DNA from: Nitrospira sp. | GTDB taxonomy: Bacteria; Nitrospirota; Nitrospiria; Nitrospirales; Nitrospiraceae | Length of the DNA stretch: 64,000 nt | NCBI GenBank assembly: GCA_047150005.1 | Contig: AP038806.1 | Coordinates: forward strand, 1,472,001-1,536,000 | Reading direction: 5' to 3' | Part shown: piece by piece, positions 41,723 to 51,422 of the stretch | Layout of the letters: each line of letters opens with the position of its first letter | How positions within the stretch are numbered: position 1 is the stretch's first letter | Notes under the pieces: generated by a model | Seen by the model: only the letters and a program-made list of their open reading frames with translations | What the model was told of the DNA's origin: nothing | Databases searched by the model: none | Position numbers and translations under genes: made by a program

Positions 41723-42598
41723 ATGAAATCCATAGTCGCGGCGACGGACCTTTCAGACGAGGCCAGGCATGCCGCCGAGCGTGGCGCCATCGTCGCGAAG
41801 GAACAGCAGGCTCAGCTGAATCTGATGCATGTGATCAGTGGGTCTTCTCTGAGTGCTCTGAGCAAATTGTTCCAGGGGTCAGCCGGTGTTGAGGCGAGGT
41901 TGATCGACGAGGCCCGGCGCTCGCTGAACGAGACGATCGTGAACATCGGTAAGACGACCTCAGTCAGGGCGAGTGCATCCGTCAAGACGGGTGAGGTGCT
42001 GGAAGAGATTCTTTCGGCATCTGAGGCGGCGGACCTGCTTGTCCTAGGGGCGCACGGATTGAACCCGCTGCGCGACCTCATCCTCGGCACGACGGCAGAA
42101 CGCGTGCTGCGTATGTGCAAGCGACCGGTGCTCATCGTCAAACGCCCGCCGCAAACGATGTACGAGCGTGTCATCGTGCCGATCGACTTTTCTTCCTATT
42201 CCGCCTCCGCGTTGAAAACGGCCACGCAAATCGCTCACAATGCCCGCATCACGATTCTCCATGCGTTTCGCGTTCCGTTTGAAGGAAAACTCCAGATAGC
42301 CGATGCGTCGGACGAAACCATCGAAAAATACTGCGAGATGGAACGACGAGAAGCCGAGAAGAAGATCAAGGAGCTGACCCGCGACTTCGGGGACGATGCG
42401 CACCGGATCTCGTTTACCGTCGTGCGCGGCGACGTGTCTCGTGTGATTCTTACCAAAGAGGAGGAGCTCTCAGCGGACTTGATCGTCATCGGCAAGCACG
42501 GTCAATCCATGGTCAAAGAGTGGCTACTTGGGAGCGTCACACACCATGTCCTCGCTGGGTCGAAATGTGATGTCCTCGTCGTCCCCATTCAAGCCTAG
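41723..42598 (+). CDS. Tandem-domain universal stress protein
   Basis: ATDLS...LGAHG...GTTAERV and PIDFS...IGKHG...LGSVTHHV. Confidence 0.92.
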   Translation: MKSIVAATDLSDEARHAAERGAIVAKEQQAQLNLMHVISGSSLSALSKLFQGSAGVEARLIDEARRSLNETIVNIGKTTSVRASASVKTGEVLEEILSASEAADLLVLGAHGLNPLRDLILGTTAERVLRMCKRPVLIVKRPPQTMYERVIVPIDFSSYSASALKTATQIAHNARITILHAFRVPFEGKLQIADASDETIEKYCEMERREAEKKIKELTRDFGDDAHRISFTVVRGDVSRVILTKEEELSADLIVIGKHGQSMVKEWLLGSVTHHVLAGSKCDVLVVPIQA

Positions 42599-42616
42599 CC
42601 TCGTCGCCTTCCCGCT

Positions 42617-42787
42617 ATGACGTTGCCAATCATTATTTTGCTTCCATTGCTCGCCGGCGTCGCGGGCACGCTCCTCCTCCAGCGTCGCGGGTTTTCCACC
42701 GCCGCCTGGGTCGCCGTCGTGCCGAACACAAAGGAAACGATGAAGAAAACCGGCATGCGATACTTCATGCCCGGACCGGGCACATGA
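42617..42787 (+). pseudogene. 56-aa ORF resembling the first TM segment of MrpA/PhaA
   Basis: MTLPIIILLPLLAGVAGTLLLQRRGFSTAAWVAVV...; stop overlaps the next ATG (ATGA). Confidence 0.4.
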
Positions 42788-44418
42788 CCCCACATCCCCT
42801 GATTTCCATCTTGGTCGGCGGCTTCGTGGTCGCGTTCGTGTTCGGCGCCATTGCGAACCGCCTCAAGATGGCTCCCATCGTCGGCTATCTGCTGGCAGGC
42901 ATCGTAATCGGTCCGTTCACACCCGGGTTCGTAGCCGACGGTTCGCTGGCGCCGGAGCTGGCCGAAGTCGGCGTGATTCTCCTGATGTTCGGCCTGGGGC
43001 TCCATTTCTCGATCAGCGATCTGTTGTCAGTACGGCACATCGCGATTCCCGGCGCCATCGCGCAGATTATCATCGCCACCGGACTTGGATGGGGACTGGG
43101 GTATGCGATCGGGTGGCCCCTGGGCACCAGTCTGATGTTCGGCTTGGCGCTGTCCACCGCCAGCACGGTCGTCCTGCTTCGGGCCCTGGAGGATCGTCGC
43201 TTGATCGACACGTCCGAGGGCCGGATTGCGGTCGGATGGCTGATCGTCGAAGACATCGCCATGGTCGTGGCCTTGGTGGTGGTGCCGGCGTTGTCCGGTG
43301 CGTTGAAGGACTCGTCGGGAACCTCGGCACAGGTCGGTCCGCTCCTGGTCACGCTGGCGGTGACGCTTGGCAAGGTGGTGCTGTTCATTACCTTGATGCT
43401 GGTCATCGGCAAGCGGCTGATTCCGTGGGCCCTGGAACAGGTGTCGAAGACCGGGTCGCGTGAGCTGTTCACCCTGGCCGTGCTGGCCATCGCGCTTGGG
43501 GCGGCATTCGGATCGGCCGCCCTCTTCGGTGTCTCGTTCGCCCTGGGGGCATTCTTCGCCGGGCTGATCCTGAACGAATCCGAACTCAGCCATAAGGCGG
43601 CGGCCGAAACGCTTCCGTTGCGGGACGCGTTCGCGGTGCTCTTCTTCGTCGCGGTGGGCATGCTGTTCAACCCGAGCATCCTGGTCCACCAGCCGTGGGC
43701 CGTCGCCGGTACGTTGCTGATCATCCTCGTGGGAAAGTCGCTTGCCGCCTGGGTGATCGTCCTGTTGTTCGGACATCCGCAGCGTGTGGCCATCACCATT
43801 TCAGCCAGCCTGGCGCAAATCGGCGAGTTTGCCTTCATGCTGGCTGAACTCGGTATCAAGTCGGATCTGCTGCCGCACGAGGGTCGGGATTTGATTTTGG
43901 CCGGCGCAATTCTCTCCATCATCGTGAATCCCGTGTGGTTCGTGATGGTGGACTGGCTTCAGCCGCGCGGCCGTCGGGCGGGACATACGGCCATCCCGGC
44001 CGTTTCGGCGGCGGATCACGTGATTCTGGTCGGACACGGGCGGGTCGGCAAACTGGTGAATCAGGCGCTCAGGGACGGGAACCAGCCTGTCGTGGTCATC
44101 GAGAACAACGCCGAACGCGTCAACGAGTTGCGGGGGCAAGGGGAACAGGCGATTCTCGGCAATGCGGAAGCGCCCGGAATACTGGAGGCCGCCAGGGTCG
44201 ACCGCGCGCGTATGCTGATCTGCGCGATTCCCAACGTGTTCGAGGCCGGCCAGGTCATCCTGCGCGCCCGGGCCCTCAATCCGTCCATCGAGGTAGCCGC
44301 TCGCGCGCATTCCGACGCGGAAGTGGAGCATCTCCAACTCCGCGGTGCCGGAGTCGTCATCATGGGCGAGGAGGAAATCGCGCGCCGCATGATCGAGTAC
44401 GCGGTCGAACGCCGATGA
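42784..44418 (+). CDS. ybaL: CPA2/Kef-type cation:proton antiporter with TrkA-N domain (YbaL-like)
   Basis: GVILLMFG.GLHFS, WLIVEDI, LPLRDAFAVLFFV, QIGEFAF, VGHGRVG. Confidence 0.88.
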   Translation: MTPHPLISILVGGFVVAFVFGAIANRLKMAPIVGYLLAGIVIGPFTPGFVADGSLAPELAEVGVILLMFGLGLHFSISDLLSVRHIAIPGAIAQIIIATGLGWGLGYAIGWPLGTSLMFGLALSTASTVVLLRALEDRRLIDTSEGRIAVGWLIVEDIAMVVALVVVPALSGALKDSSGTSAQVGPLLVTLAVTLGKVVLFITLMLVIGKRLIPWALEQVSKTGSRELFTLAVLAIALGAAFGSAALFGVSFALGAFFAGLILNESELSHKAAAETLPLRDAFAVLFFVAVGMLFNPSILVHQPWAVAGTLLIILVGKSLAAWVIVLLFGHPQRVAITISASLAQIGEFAFMLAELGIKSDLLPHEGRDLILAGAILSIIVNPVWFVMVDWLQPRGRRAGHTAIPAVSAADHVILVGHGRVGKLVNQALRDGNQPVVVIENNAERVNELRGQGEQAILGNAEAPGILEAARVDRARMLICAIPNVFEAGQVILRARALNPSIEVAARAHSDAEVEHLQLRGAGVVIMGEEEIARRMIEYAVERR

Positions 44419-44555
44419 GCCGTTCCCGCCCAACGCATCCGGTCTCCGACAGTCTCGGGGAGACCTCTGGTGATCCGGGAATCATTTCCGTGTACGATGG
44501 ACGCGATGGAAATCTCATAGTGCGGCCGCCTCATCATAGGCCGGAAGGAGGGATC

Positions 44556-44714
44556 ATGCGCAAGTGGGAAGCGCCTGCCTTTACAGAAATCAGGATGGAT
44601 GCGGAAATCAACGGCTACCAGCAAGATCGTGACGACATCCCGGACCTCAGAGAGAACCGGCGCGCGGCAGAGATCACGGCCCCGCGGCAGGAACGCCCAG
44701 CGGCGACGACATGA
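44556..44714 (+). CDS. pqqA: PQQ precursor peptide PqqA (52 aa, C-terminally extended)
   Basis: AAGGAGG RBS; MRKWEAPAFTEIRMDAEINGY with W..P leader and ExxxY core; ATGA overlap with pqqB. Confidence 0.85.
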   Translation: MRKWEAPAFTEIRMDAEINGYQQDRDDIPDLRENRRAAEITAPRQERPAATT

Positions 44715-45634
44715 TCCTGCGGATTTTGGGCTCTGCCGCCGGCGGGGGCTTTCCGCAATGGAACTGCGCATGCGGCAATTGTAGCGGTCTGCGGCAGGGC
44801 GTCATCGCCGCAAGCCCTCGGACGCAGGAGTCGAGTGGTCTGAGCGCGGACGGGCGTACCTGGTTCTTGATCAACGCCTCTCCCGACATTCGCATGCAGA
44901 TCGAAGGCTTCGGCTCTCTGCATCCGGTGACCGGGCGCGCGACGCCGATCGAGGCTATTTTTCTCACCAATGGGGATCTTGATCACTGCCTGGGACTTCT
45001 CTCGCTTCGCGAGAACCAGCCCCTCGTCATCTATGCGACGGACACGGTCCGACGGGGATTCATGGACGGCAATGTGCTGTACCGGACGTTGGAACGGTTT
45101 CCCGGCCAGGTCACTTGGCGAAGGCTCGCGCTCGGAGAAGAGGACGCCGTCCAGTGTGCGAACGGGGTTGCGTCCGGCTTGACGGTCACGGCGTTCGCCG
45201 TACCGGGGAAACCGCCGGTCCATTTGGACGGGATGGTGGCGAGAGAGAATCCGGAACTCAACGTGGGACTTCGGTTCCGCCAGGTCGGGAGCGGACGGGT
45301 GCTGGCCTATCTGTCGTCTGTCGGGCGCATCACCGCCGCGCTGCTCGATCGATTGGCCGGGGCCGACGGGATCGTGTTCGACGGGACGTTCTGGTCGAGC
45401 GATGAGCTGTCGGCCCCGGGATTTCTCAGAAAGTCGGCCGAAGAGTTGGCCCATTGGCCCGTCGGGGGGACGGACGGCAGCCTGGCGACACTGGCGGATA
45501 TTCGCGCCCGACACCGGATCTTTATTCACATCAACAACACGAACCCGATCCTGCGCGAGGATGCTCCTGAGCGAGCCATGGTCGAGGCGGCAGGATGGCA
45601 GGTCGGACGGGACGGGATGGAAATTCACGTATGA
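44711..45634 (+). CDS. pqqB: PQQ biosynthesis protein PqqB
   Basis: LGSAAGGGFPQWNC.C.NC, NASPDIR, HINNTNP. Confidence 0.95.
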   Translation: MILRILGSAAGGGFPQWNCACGNCSGLRQGVIAASPRTQESSGLSADGRTWFLINASPDIRMQIEGFGSLHPVTGRATPIEAIFLTNGDLDHCLGLLSLRENQPLVIYATDTVRRGFMDGNVLYRTLERFPGQVTWRRLALGEEDAVQCANGVASGLTVTAFAVPGKPPVHLDGMVARENPELNVGLRFRQVGSGRVLAYLSSVGRITAALLDRLAGADGIVFDGTFWSSDELSAPGFLRKSAEELAHWPVGGTDGSLATLADIRARHRIFIHINNTNPILREDAPERAMVEAAGWQVGRDGMEIHV

Positions 45635-46395
45635 GTCGGCGCTCCGATCCACGATCCCTGTCGAACGCGGCATTTCTCGCGCGGCTGCGCCGAGAGGGCG
45701 CCTCCCGCTACCATGATCGGCATCCGTTCCACCTGCGCATGCATCAAGGGAAACTGACAAAGGGGCAGCTCCAGCAATGGGTATTGAACCGGTACTACTA
45801 TCAAACGCGGATTCCCATCAAAGATGCTTTGATTCTCTCGAAGTCGGAGGACCCGGTCTTCCGACGGGTCTGGATCCGGCGCATCCAGGATCAAGACGGC
45901 GGTGAGACCGGCGCAGGAGGTCTCGACTCCTGGTTGATCCTTGCGCGTGGTGTGGGCCTCGATGTCGACGAGGTTCGCAGTTTGCGATCGGTTCTGCCGG
46001 GAGTCAGGCTGGCCTGCGACGGCTACGTGCAGTTCGTGCGGGAGGCGTCACTGCTCGAAGCCGTGGCCTCCTCACTCACCGAGTTGTTTGCGCCCGCGCT
46101 CATGAGCCGGAGGCTGGACGCCTGGGCGCGCCATTATCCCTGGGTGGGCTCCAAGGCGCTGGCCTATTTTCGGATGCGCGTGTCGCGCGCCGATCTCGAC
46201 GCGAGGCAAGCGGTCTTGTTCGTGCTTCGGGAAGCGACCACCAGCGAACGTCAAACCGCCTGCATCGAGGCCTTGATCAAGAAGGCGGAGATTCTCTGGC
46301 ATCTGCTCGATTGCATTCATGCCGCCTACGTCGGACCGATGTCGGCGAACGAAAGGAACGCTCATGCCGGACACCATCGTCAGGCCTCGGCTTAA
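45631..46395 (+). CDS. pqqC: Pyrroloquinoline-quinone synthase PqqC
   Basis: YHDRHPFH, WVLNRYYYQTRIPIKD, AVASSLTELFAP. Confidence 0.93.
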   Translation: MSRRSDPRSLSNAAFLARLRREGASRYHDRHPFHLRMHQGKLTKGQLQQWVLNRYYYQTRIPIKDALILSKSEDPVFRRVWIRRIQDQDGGETGAGGLDSWLILARGVGLDVDEVRSLRSVLPGVRLACDGYVQFVREASLLEAVASSLTELFAPALMSRRLDAWARHYPWVGSKALAYFRMRVSRADLDARQAVLFVLREATTSERQTACIEALIKKAEILWHLLDCIHAAYVGPMSANERNAHAGHHRQASA

Positions 46396-46645
46396 TCCCG
46401 TGGCTCGGCTTCGACTGGATCGGCGAACCGGCCGGCAGCTGCTCCTGTACCCCGAAGCCGGATTGGACTTGAACGATACGGGATGCGACATCCTGCGGCG
46501 GTGTACCGGTGAGCAGACGACGGACGACATTATCCGAGCGCTGACCGACAGTCATGCCGGTGCGTCTCCCGACGAGATCGCACGGGACGTCCGTGCCTTC
46601 GTCAGGACGCTCGCGGACCGCGGACTGATTCAGGACGCCGGATGA
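46364..46645 (+). CDS. pqqD: PqqD peptide chaperone (RRE)
   Basis: LLYPE...LN..G.DIL..C.G pattern; between pqqC and pqqE. Confidence 0.9.
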   Translation: MPDTIVRPRLNPVARLRLDRRTGRQLLLYPEAGLDLNDTGCDILRRCTGEQTTDDIIRALTDSHAGASPDEIARDVRAFVRTLADRGLIQDAG

Positions 46646-47745
46646 AGACGCTCGATCGCCCGTACACACTGATCGCCGAGCTCACCCATCGGTGTCCTTT
46701 GCGGTGTCCCTATTGTTCGAATCCGATGGCCTCGGTCGGCTCGGAGACCGAGCTCGACACGGAGACATGGCTGCGCGTCTTTGACGAAGCGGACGCGCTC
46801 GGCGTGGTCCAGGTCAATCTCACCGGGGGTGAGCCGCTGCTGCGGGATGATGCGGAGCGGCTCATCGAGCGGGCGGCGGAACGGGAGCTCTACACCAACC
46901 TGATCACGAGCGGGATCCCCTTGACCTTCGAACGGTTGCATCGATTGAAGGCGTGCGGATTGAACAGCGTGCAGGTGTCGGTGCAAAGCACGAGACAGGC
47001 GGAGGCCGACACGATCGCCGGAGGGTCCTTCTTCAGCCGGAAACTCGCGGTCATGCGATGGGTCAAGTCGCTGGGACTGCCGCTGACCATGAACGTGGTG
47101 CTCCATCGGGAGAATCTGGGCGAGATCGAGGACATCATCCGGCTGGCCGAACGGATCGAGGCGGACCGCCTCGAGCTGGCGAATGTGCAGTATCTCGGCT
47201 GGGCCCTGCACAACCGGACAGCGCTGCTGCCGACTCGCGAGCAAATCGAGCGGGCGAGGGCTGTCGCCACTGAGGCCAAACGGCGGCTCCGCGGCACGAT
47301 GGACGTGTGCTTCATCCTGCCGGACTATTACGCGGACCGACCAAAAGCCTGTATGGACGGCTGGGGCCGTCGCTATCTGGTTGTGAACCCCGAGGGACTG
47401 GCGCTGCCCTGCCATTTGGCCCATACGATCCCGAGCCTCAGCTTCGACAATGTCCGGCAGCGGCCTCTTGCGGAGATCTGGGGTCAGTCCGCCGGCTTCA
47501 ACCGATTCCGCGGAGAGGAGTGGCTGCCCGATCCGTGCCGGTCCTGTCCGAGCCGGACCACGGATTTCGGTGGCTGCCGATGTCAGGCCTATCATGTGAC
47601 AGGGAACGCGGCCGCCGCCGATCCGGCCTGTGCGTTGGCGCCGGACCATTGGACGATCGAAGCGGCGCGGGCCCGAGCCGTTCACCAGGTCGGGATGCCC
47701 GTGGTCTTCGAGTATCGCGGAACGCCACGGCCTGTTCGTAGCTGA
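46642..47745 (+). CDS. pqqE: Radical SAM/SPASM enzyme PqqE
   Basis: AELTHRCPLRCPYCSNP, PKACMDGWG, CRSC...DFGGCRCQA. Confidence 0.96.
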   Translation: MKTLDRPYTLIAELTHRCPLRCPYCSNPMASVGSETELDTETWLRVFDEADALGVVQVNLTGGEPLLRDDAERLIERAAERELYTNLITSGIPLTFERLHRLKACGLNSVQVSVQSTRQAEADTIAGGSFFSRKLAVMRWVKSLGLPLTMNVVLHRENLGEIEDIIRLAERIEADRLELANVQYLGWALHNRTALLPTREQIERARAVATEAKRRLRGTMDVCFILPDYYADRPKACMDGWGRRYLVVNPEGLALPCHLAHTIPSLSFDNVRQRPLAEIWGQSAGFNRFRGEEWLPDPCRSCPSRTTDFGGCRCQAYHVTGNAAAADPACALAPDHWTIEAARARAVHQVGMPVVFEYRGTPRPVRS

Positions 47746-47792
47746 GACTCGCAGGGGTCGGCTTCCTTCCGCCTCTGTCGACGGAGGACCCT

Positions 47793-48968
47793 ATGCAAGA
47801 GAGTCACGACATCAGGATGCACTATCCTCAGGCGCCGGCGAGGACCGGACGGACGGACCGGGCGCGACGCGTACGTTGCTGGTGGATGGTCTGGCTCTGC
47901 CTGTTCGTCACACAAGCCGAGGCTGGGTCCCTCCCGCTGGACCGCATCACGTTGCCGCCGGGCTTCACGATCTCGATCTACGCGGACGATGTGCCGAATG
48001 CGAGAGGCATGACCCTTGGCCAGAACGGCACCCTTTTCGTCGGCAGCAAAGAGAAAGGGAAAGTGTACGCGGTCGTCGACAAGGACGGAGACCAGCGGGC
48101 CGATCAGGTCTTCACGGTCGCCAGCGGACTCCACATGCCGGTGGGCGTGGCCTATCGAAAGGGGGCGCTGTACGTATCCTCCGTCGACCGTATCGTAAGA
48201 TTCGAAAACATCGAGGAACGGCTGTCGAATCCTCCGTCGCCGGTGACGGTCACGGACCGCTTTCCGAAGGAAACGTCGCACGGGTGGAAGTTCATCGCCT
48301 TCGGACCGGACGGGAAACTCTACGTACCGGTCGGGGCGCCGTGCAACATCTGCGAGCCGGAGCCGGACCGGTACGCGCTGATTGCGCGCATCAACGAGGA
48401 CGGCGGGGACTATGAAGTGGTCGCCCGCGGCGTCCGGAACTCGGTCGGCTTCGATTGGGATCCGGCCACGCGCGAGTTGTGGTTTACGGACAACGGCCGT
48501 GACTGGCTCGGCGACGATCAGCCGCCGGATGAGCTCAATCATGCGCCGAAAGCGGGCCTGCATTTCGGCTATCCCTATTGTCACGGCGGCACGATTTCCG
48601 ATCCGGAGTTTGGGGCTAAACACTCCTGCCCGGAGTTCACGCCGCCCGCCGTTGCGCTCGGACCCCATGTCGCATCGCTCGGCATGCGCTTCTATACCGG
48701 CGCAATGTTCCCGCCTGAATACCGGGGCCGAATCTTCATCGCGGAGCACGGCTCATGGAATCGGACGGAGAAAACCGGATATCGGCTCACGGTCGTCTCA
48801 CGGGACAAGAAAGGCACTCCGACCTATTCCGTGTTTGCGCAGGGGTGGTTGCGCGGTCAGCAGGCCTGGGGGCGTCCGGCCGACGTCCTGATCATGCCCG
48901 ACGGCGCGCTCCTGGTATCCGACGACTTGGCGGGTGTGATCTACCGCATCAGCTATCAACAACCATGA
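47793..48968 (+). CDS. PQQ-dependent sugar/sorbosone dehydrogenase family protein (exported; start uncertain)
   Basis: FGPDGKLYVPVGAPCNIC, GVRNSVG, WFTDNGRD, HGSWNR, GRPADV. Confidence 0.88.
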   Translation: MQESHDIRMHYPQAPARTGRTDRARRVRCWWMVWLCLFVTQAEAGSLPLDRITLPPGFTISIYADDVPNARGMTLGQNGTLFVGSKEKGKVYAVVDKDGDQRADQVFTVASGLHMPVGVAYRKGALYVSSVDRIVRFENIEERLSNPPSPVTVTDRFPKETSHGWKFIAFGPDGKLYVPVGAPCNICEPEPDRYALIARINEDGGDYEVVARGVRNSVGFDWDPATRELWFTDNGRDWLGDDQPPDELNHAPKAGLHFGYPYCHGGTISDPEFGAKHSCPEFTPPAVALGPHVASLGMRFYTGAMFPPEYRGRIFIAEHGSWNRTEKTGYRLTVVSRDKKGTPTYSVFAQGWLRGQQAWGRPADVLIMPDGALLVSDDLAGVIYRISYQQP

Positions 48969-49019
48969 GCCCGTCGCCGACGGGCCAAGCACAGTCCATT
49001 GATGGACAGGGAGGAGAAC

Positions 49020-49448
49020 ATGATGAAACGAAGCGCATCCGCCGCATGGCGAGGAGATCTGAAGGCCGGCAAGGGAACCGTCTCAACGGAGAGCGGTGTC
49101 CTCTCGCAGGCCCAGTATTCGTTCGGCACCAGATTCGAAAGCGGGAAGGGCACGAACCCGGAAGAACTCATTGCGGCGGCGCACGCCGGCTGTTTTACCA
49201 TGGCGCTGTCGGCCCAGTTGGGCAACGCCGGCCTCGCGCCGGAGAAACTCGAAACGACCGCTACGGTACACTTCGAGAAGCTCGACGCAGGGTGGACGGT
49301 CACCAAGATCCATCTGGACGTCAGAGGCACGGTGCCGAAAGCCGACGCCGCCGCATGGGAGAAAGCGACGACGGCGGCCAAGACCGGCTGCCCCATCTCA
49401 CGTCTGCTGAATACGACCATTACGATGGACGCAAAGCTCGGAACCTGA
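49020..49448 (+). CDS. osmC: OsmC peroxiredoxin
   Basis: GTNPEELIAAAHAGCF...CPIS. Confidence 0.93.
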   Translation: MMKRSASAAWRGDLKAGKGTVSTESGVLSQAQYSFGTRFESGKGTNPEELIAAAHAGCFTMALSAQLGNAGLAPEKLETTATVHFEKLDAGWTVTKIHLDVRGTVPKADAAAWEKATTAAKTGCPISRLLNTTITMDAKLGT

Positions 49449-49644
49449 ATCCCGAGCCAGCACGGAGTCACACAGTTCATACGGGATATGGCAAGATTCT
49501 GGCAGCTCGTGGATGCGAGGAGTGATTCCGGTGGGATCATCATCCGGGGGCACCCAAGGAGAAACGGAGATCAGACCGCCGACGGCCTGATGTCGGCGGG
49601 GGTGCGCAAGAACGTTCATCGCGCAGGACCGTAAAGGAGCGGCT

Positions 49645-50568
49645 ATGAAGAACATCGGGAGGCGGAGGGCGGTGAATCGGAGCGGTGCGACCTGTGTGCT
49701 GGGAGTGTCCACACGCATACTCATGATGCTGGCGCTCGTGGGTCTGTTGGGGCAGGGCTTGCCCGTATTCGCCCAGGAGAGCCGTCCGGAGAACGAGATC
49801 ACGAGCTTGGGCGATGGCGTGTATGCGTTCCGACATCAGTTCCACCAGGCGATTTTCATCACGACCCCCAAGGGAGTGATCGTTACGGATCCTATCAGCG
49901 CGGAGGCGGCGACGTGGCTCAAGAAAGAGATCAGAAAGTACTCCGACCAGCCGATTCGCTATGTCGTCTATAGTCACCATCATGACGATCACATCACGGG
50001 CGGCAGTCTGTTCGCCGATACGGCGTTGTTCGTCAGTCAGGCCGGAGCAAGAGTGAAGATCCGGGAAGCGGCCGACCCCCTCACGCCCCTGCCCGACCTC
50101 ACCTTCACGGATCGCATGTCCATCGAGCTCGGCGGGAAGCACGTTGAGCTGATTTATACAGGCAAGAACCATTCGGACAACAGCCTGGTGGTTCTGCTGC
50201 CGGAGCAACGGCTGCTCTTCGCCGTCGATTTCATCCCGGTCGAGACGGTCGCTTATCGTACGATGAGGAGCGACTATCCGGACGACTGGATCGAATCGCT
50301 CAAGCGCGTCGAGCAATTGGATTTCGACCGGCTGGTGCCAGGCCACGGCAAGATCGGGAACAAGGAGCACGTGCGGATGTTCCGCGGCTATCTGGAGGAC
50401 CTCCGGGCTGCCGTGCAGGAACAACTCCAGAAGGGAGCGAGCCTCGAGGAGACGAAACAGGCGGTTCAGCTTCCCAAGTACGAACGGTGGCAGCGCTACG
50501 GCGACTGGTTTCCTGAGAATGTGGAAGGGATGTACCGCTATCTGACGCAGCGACGAGAGACGAAGTAA
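49645..50568 (+). CDS. Exported metallo-beta-lactamase-fold hydrolase (start uncertain)
   Basis: SHHHDDH, NHSD, PGHG; signal peptide. Confidence 0.88.
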   Translation: MKNIGRRRAVNRSGATCVLGVSTRILMMLALVGLLGQGLPVFAQESRPENEITSLGDGVYAFRHQFHQAIFITTPKGVIVTDPISAEAATWLKKEIRKYSDQPIRYVVYSHHHDDHITGGSLFADTALFVSQAGARVKIREAADPLTPLPDLTFTDRMSIELGGKHVELIYTGKNHSDNSLVVLLPEQRLLFAVDFIPVETVAYRTMRSDYPDDWIESLKRVEQLDFDRLVPGHGKIGNKEHVRMFRGYLEDLRAAVQEQLQKGASLEETKQAVQLPKYERWQRYGDWFPENVEGMYRYLTQRRETK

Positions 50569-50602
50569 CGGCGGTCCCATCGGATCGCCTAAGGAATTCA
50601 TC

Positions 50603-51286
50603 ATGCCGTCCGGCGAAGTCGTCCTGCTCTTCGACGTGGACAACACGCTGCTCGACAACGATCGAGTGACGGAAGACCTGCGCTGGCATCTGGAGCAGGA
50701 GGTCGGTCCCGATCGGCAAGAGCGTTATTGGGCGCTGTTCGAGGAGTTGCGTCGTGAGCTGGGGTATGCCGACTATCTCGGGGCGCTTCAACGGTATCGC
50801 ATCGAGTATCCACGCGATCCCCATCTCTTGACGGTGTCCCACTTTCTGATCAACTACCCGTTTGCGGACCGCCTGTATCCCAGGGGGCTCGATGTGATCG
50901 GGCAAGCCAGGCGCGCGGGCAAGGCCGTGATCCTCTCGGACGGAGACGTGGTGTTCCAACCGAGGAAGGTGGAGCAATCCGGGCTGCATGAGGCCGTCGA
51001 CGGGAACGTCCTGATCTACATTCACAAGGAACGGGAGCTCGAGGACGTAGAACGGCGGTTTCCGGCCGATCGGTACGTGCTGGTCGACGACAAGGTTCGG
51101 ATCCTCTCGGCTGTGAAAGCGATATGGGGTTCCCGTGTGACCACGGTCTTTCCCCGGCAGGGCCACTATGCGCTGGATTCGCAGGAGGTCGCCCGGTTCC
51201 CCCCCCCGGATGTGACCGTGAACGTCATCGGGGACCTGCTCGACAGGGACTGTTTCGCCCGGATCCTCCGCGGCGCAGGGTCCTGA
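50603..51286 (+). CDS. HAD family hydrolase
   Basis: FDVDNTL, LSDGD, VDDK. Confidence 0.88.
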   Translation: MPSGEVVLLFDVDNTLLDNDRVTEDLRWHLEQEVGPDRQERYWALFEELRRELGYADYLGALQRYRIEYPRDPHLLTVSHFLINYPFADRLYPRGLDVIGQARRAGKAVILSDGDVVFQPRKVEQSGLHEAVDGNVLIYIHKERELEDVERRFPADRYVLVDDKVRILSAVKAIWGSRVTTVFPRQGHYALDSQEVARFPPPDVTVNVIGDLLDRDCFARILRGAGS

Positions 51287-51422
51287 GCTGGATGCCGCAG
51301 GGCGGTCAAGTCTTCGGTTGTAGCCGGACGGTCGTCTGGCATATAAGTAAGCGGGGTCGACGTGGCTGGCCGGTCCGTCATGCGGGAGCGCGTTCATCCA
51401 TCAACCAGGAGGAGGGCCAAGC

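Noticed and set aside
43935..44555. 259-aa ORF 43935..44714 as a real protein
   Set aside because: Overlaps ybaL out of frame; only the last 52 codons (PqqA, with its own RBS) are credible.
49489..49504. TGGCAAGATTCTGGCA as a sigma54 promoter
   Set aside because: GG-N10-GC spacing fits but the -12 element is TGGC rather than TTGC and no matching activator sites were seen.
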